Positions 59,653 through 64,000 of a DNA stretch of 64,000 bases are shown in pieces (position 1 is the stretch's first letter; every line of letters begins with the position of its first letter). The notes under the pieces were generated by a model that did not search any database, was not told the DNA's origin, and saw nothing but the letters and a program-made list of their open reading frames with translations. The stretch is from Lingula anatina (taxonomy: Eukaryota > Animalia > Brachiopoda), in the NCBI GenBank assembly GCA_051362555.1, contig CM120643.1, positions 1,302,001 to 1,366,000 on the forward strand. The letters run 5' to 3'. Made by a program: the position numbers and the translations under genes.

Positions 59653-61340
59653 ATTATTATTATTATTATTATTATTCTGTTTTTATTTATTTAAAACTTC
59701 CTTAATTTTCATTTTTCTGTATTGATTGCACTAACCAACCTGTAGGTACATGTTCATTTGTACCAGTGCAAATGAAATGATGACATGAAAAAAAATGTAC
59801 TCACTCTTCATGGTAGCAACAAAGGTATAAAGAAAGAAATATTTCTACATTTACAACACCCCCATTAATGAATCAAATGTATCATTTATATTAAAGGAAA
59901 TGTCATTTTTGGGAAAAAAAAATGGGCCAACTTATTCATGTGACTTTATTTCTATTATTAATATTATTTGTGGCTTAACATGAAAATAACATTCAATTCT
60001 CATGATAAAAATTGATATCACAGGCAAGAAAAATCATTTATACCCACTCACACTTAGTAACAATGTTTATATATTAAATTTAAAATACATTTTCATATCA
60101 AATTGCATGTCACACATTGAGTGAACTTTTTTGTATGACTTTGGAACTTTGGTGTACTAAGACAGCATGAAACCCACGCAGGTGTCAAATTTGAACAATG
60201 TGGTGAGTGTTTATTATAAACTACTTACTTTAGAGAATATATTCGAACGTTTTCATTGCAAGTTTAATGAATTAACGCACTTTTTGCTAGCGGCAAACGT
60301 GGGGAATCCCAGCTTGGGGAATCCCACAAGAGGAGCCAAGTCCGATTTCTGAGCTCGCATGTCGGAGGAAGCACATTCATTATGAGTGGATTTTCCTATG
60401 GAAACTTGTAAGAAAATGCTGGGACACATCTTTTTGAATGATTCTCAATATATTTCAAGAGACTTTTATGTCTAGATAAGCATTTTATTGACGCAAAGCA
60501 AGGCAGTGGAATACGTCGATGTGGGTTATTCATGGACCAAACGTCACTTCCGGAAAGTTACGTGAAAAGTTACAAGAGTTTGTAAGTCCACGACTTACAA
60601 GAGTTTTGAGAATACCGTGTAAGTCAAAGTTACAAATTCACGTAAATAGTTACAAATTGTTGTAAGTTACAAAGTTTTGAGAATACGGCCCCAGGACTAT
60701 AACTTTTTGAAATAATCACCTTGGTAGCCTATCCATCTATTACATTTTTTTATGATTTATGAAATATTACATAATCGAACAGTTTAAATAAACATTTATT
60801 CAAAATCCAAATCATATTGTACTTATACCACACATTACCGGCGCCGTTATTCCAAAATTATTGGTTCACAAGGATTAGTTTATATTGCTAGATCCTGTCT
60901 GCATTCAAATGTATGTATGCCTGATTCAGCTAACTTGTCATTGCATATACTAATAATGGAAGCATTGCATAATATACTCCCATACCAAATATTGTCACCC
61001 CTACCGCATTTATGTACATGACTTCAAGAGTACCCGTAGATTGAATTGCACTATTACATAACTACCATCGTGTAAATTGGGGGTGTGAGTGGTAGAACAT
61101 GAACCTACCTAGCGTGACCACAACAGCAACTATATTTTGATATGGAGTTCCTAAATCAGTGGGATACATTATTTACCAAGCGGGTGACGCAGGTGGGGGT
61201 GGGGTGGGGTGGGTGGGTGAAGGTTCAACCCGCCTAATTACCACAAGTTTCAGTTGTTCCATGCGAACTATTTAGTGGGTAAAACAAAATTATGACCGAA
61301 CAAACACAAGAGCAAGATTATCTGGGTAAAGCCGCCAGAA

Positions 61341-62037
61341 AGCCCGGGCTACACTGCGCTTGCAACCTTTTGGTAACATTTTAGCAACCACAATATCTGG
61401 CGGTCGCTTGTGATCACTTTGCAAGCTGATAAGAAGCAAATCGGTTGTCACAGAGTTGCAGTATGATAACTGCAACCTCTTTAAGACCACATTCAAGAAC
61501 ATTCAAGTTAAAGGTTATCAGATCTACACCGTTTGCTGAGGGTTAAACAGCCTGTCAGCAACCACTTCATAATAGAAAACCGGTTGCAGGACTGTAGCGA
61601 TCAATTGTCGATTAGTAAACACAAAGATCATGTATGCTGCTTTCACACCAATCCCCCTCTCAAAAGGGTGGCAAAACGTTTTAGAAAGGACACCTTCATA
61701 ATAGCGTGTTGCCTGATGTAATACTTGGAAATGGATTAGTTTTATTCTAACTCTCGTTGAAAGCGAAACCTTTAATTCTTGAACAGAAAAATTGAAAGAA
61801 GACAACAACATCCGGAGGTTCATTATAATTTCATTATTACATTTATTAATAAATAAATTCGGGTACTTTCTACCTACAATTAAATGTGTCGTTGCAAATT
61901 ATATTAAATAGAATATTTGTAGGGGGTGTGAGCTATAAAACAATCTTATGCAACCAATTAAAAACCTATGCCAACCTCTTTGAGAATAAGGTTGCTGAAA
62001 GGTCGGCAAAGGTTACATGCGCAGAGTAGCCCGGGCT
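61341..62037. mobile_element. PIF/Harbinger-type MITE, 3-bp TSD GAA
   Basis: GAA|AGCCCGGGCTACACTGCGC...GCGCAGAGTAGCCCGGGCT|GAA with GCAACC/GGTTGC subrepeats; related fragment at ~11350-11510. Confidence 0.85.
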
Positions 62038-62497
62038 GAAGGAAATCACACCCACATGCCTTCCATTAAGAAAATATTTAGTGACATTTAAGAACTTGAC
62101 TGCATCATTTAACAAGAATAAGGCAAATCATATTTTTGAATTAACCGCCAGAAGACGTCCGCACAACCGTTGGGAAACGTCTATGTCGAGTCAGATGGCA
62201 TACCAGAAGTTTAGCATAGGCACTAGCCAGCAATGATATTGTTATCAGATTAAGGAAGCTTCGTCAGAAGGGATGGACACTTAATGGTTTGGAGAACAGC
62301 TTGGAAGTGGCATCTTCCCAATTGTCTGCCTCCGGTCGACAGGACGCGCCCCATTTAAGACGTGAAACAGTGGAGAAGGCAAATTGGCGGTGGCCAACGG
62401 AAAGCTTAAAGAATAATCCATCCAACTACTGGAAAGATACTTAAAAGATTCCGTCGAGAATATCTTTGTGGACCGTGACCACCCAGTTATGTTTCAG

Positions 62498-62499
<2 letters not shown>

Positions 62500-62563
<64 letters not shown>
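62500..62563. repeat. (TA)n microsatellite
   Basis: Direct reading. Confidence 0.95.
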
Positions 62564-62567
<4 letters not shown>

Positions 62568-63499
62568 AGCTGAATACAGCGGTTTTGTTATGATTTGTGG
62601 TTATATTCATTTTGACTAAATATCCCAACCAAGAAGTATTTTGATTTAGCCAACTCTATTCACAACAAAATTTCAAATTTGGCAAAGCTGTAAATCGTCT
62701 TCAATAGATGAGTGCCCATGCCCCTCTTTAGAGATACAGCATCTGTCAGTCGTATCGTGGAAGTGAAGGTTAAACTTTCTATGTCGGTTAATTTCGCAGA
62801 TCTACGTGGGATTTCTGATATGAATTGCCTAAAATAAACCTTCCTACTTTTTTGGAAGCATTTCGTAACAGCATTCACACCAGCCACGAAGGAGTATTTT
62901 TGTCACAAAAGTGGGGGAGGGGCGAAAATTTCCTTGGGACCACATGTAACAATATAAATACAAAGGGAATCTCCCTCCACTAAAGGCAAAATAAACGTTA
63001 TATATTCCAAGCCATTTACCTTTTAATACATGCAATTAACAGAACATTTCCAATATAATTTCTCTAAACGACACCAGAAAGCAAATTTTAAAAATTAAAT
63101 CAACCAGCCTAGATCATAATCCCGTTGAGAATGTGTCGGGTTTTCTATGTAAAGCTGAGAGGTAGCCCCGAAAAATCTCTTTGCACCGTCTGTGGAACGC
63201 CATCACTCTGACAACGTTATTAATCTACATGTATTTAATCCCAGGCACAGATGCGTGAGGAGCGCCCTTCAACCCGGAGAAATTAAACTGCAAAGTATTA
63301 AACACGATGCGTTTTTAAACTACATGTATGGCTGTCTTATTCATTTTTGTACAGGTAGTAAAGTGTTGTGGCTAATTATTTTTAGAAGTTACATAATTAA
63401 CATTGGTTAATGTAATGTATTTTGTATCATTTTTTGCGCATTGCATAAGGGTGATTTTTTTTTGGTAGGGAGTATAGTAAGGCTGAATGCCTGACTTAG

Positions 63500-64000
63500 A
63501 GCGGATTCTCAACGAATTGAGCCAGGCTTTACAAAGCCGGTGACCTAAAAATGCCGGACGTACATGAAAGAAAACCGCCTAATCTTTTAATAGTCTCTCC
63601 GCCTCCCCACACGTCGTCCCTGCGGGATACAGTAATTAAATCTCGGCTCCGTTCGCCATGCGGAAGCTACCTGAGAAATATTAAGTGCGCATGCTCATCA
63701 GTTAAACTCGTGGTGAAGAAAGCATGGCGGCTGAAGGCGTTCGAAGGAAAAAAGCTCTTCTGTTTTATTATCTGTCAAAACAATGACGAAAAAGGAATGA
63801 ATTGGCCCGTAGAGCAGCAACGAATCGACTATCTACGGAGATAATATCACCAGAGATATTCACAGAACTACCCAGCCCGGAACGGAGCCGAGATTTAATT
63901 ACTGTACCCCGCAGGGATGACGTGTGGGGAGGCGGAGAGACTATTAAAAGATTAGGCGGTTTTTCTTTCATGTACGTCCGCCATTTTTAGGTCACCGGCT
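63500..64000. mobile_element. Palindromic MITE, right end beyond the window
   Basis: 63536-63654 is the near-perfect reverse complement of 63880-64000; related to 13098-13412. Confidence 0.8.

Larger units (their letters stand above)
37740..60691. mobile_element. PIF/Harbinger-like non-autonomous foldback element (~6.5 kb of its own, ~3-kb inverted arms), interrupted by a 16.5-kb transposon
   Basis: Termini GGGCCGTATTCTCAAAACTT / AAGTTTTGAGAATACGGCCC with CAG TSD (37737-37739, 60692-60694). Left arm 37740-40187 + 56683-~57260 is the reverse complement of ~57590-60691. Confidence 0.88.

Noticed and set aside
62140-62490. GC-richer stretch as candidate upstream exon of the NB-ARC-TPR gene
   Set aside because: No HEPN or other recognisable motif seen; probably a decayed repeat.
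63551-63990. Mirror-image ORFs (ERKPPNLLIVSPPPHTSS)
   Set aside because: Produced by the palindromic MITE arms.

Overview
AT-rich, intron-containing animal genomic DNA, probably a marine invertebrate (mollusc-like repeat families; the taxon cannot be fixed from sequence alone). The window holds innate-immunity-type genes heavily invaded by mobile DNA. Host genes: a decayed HEPN + STAND(NB-ARC) + TPR gene (7.2-9.3 kb, +); an intact paralogous NB-ARC + 11x TPR exon (35.0-37.7 kb, -); four exons of a Roc GTPase (12.0-14.1 kb); and a beta-propeller exon (26.2-27.7 kb). Mobile DNA: a very young full-length L1/Tx1-type LINE whose ORF1 ends in an IMPACT/UPF0029-like domain and which lacks a target-site duplication; a 23-kb nest in which a Harbinger-like foldback element (CAG TSD) contains a 16.5-kb IS3EU-like transposon (6-bp TSD) with two intact six-exon genes (DDE transposase and RING protein); two Penelope-like remnants with hammerhead ribozyme motifs; Tc1, RTE-like and L1 fragments; a SINE; and many MITEs. 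Exon structures were read and phase-checked by hand, and family names come from motif recognition, not database searches.
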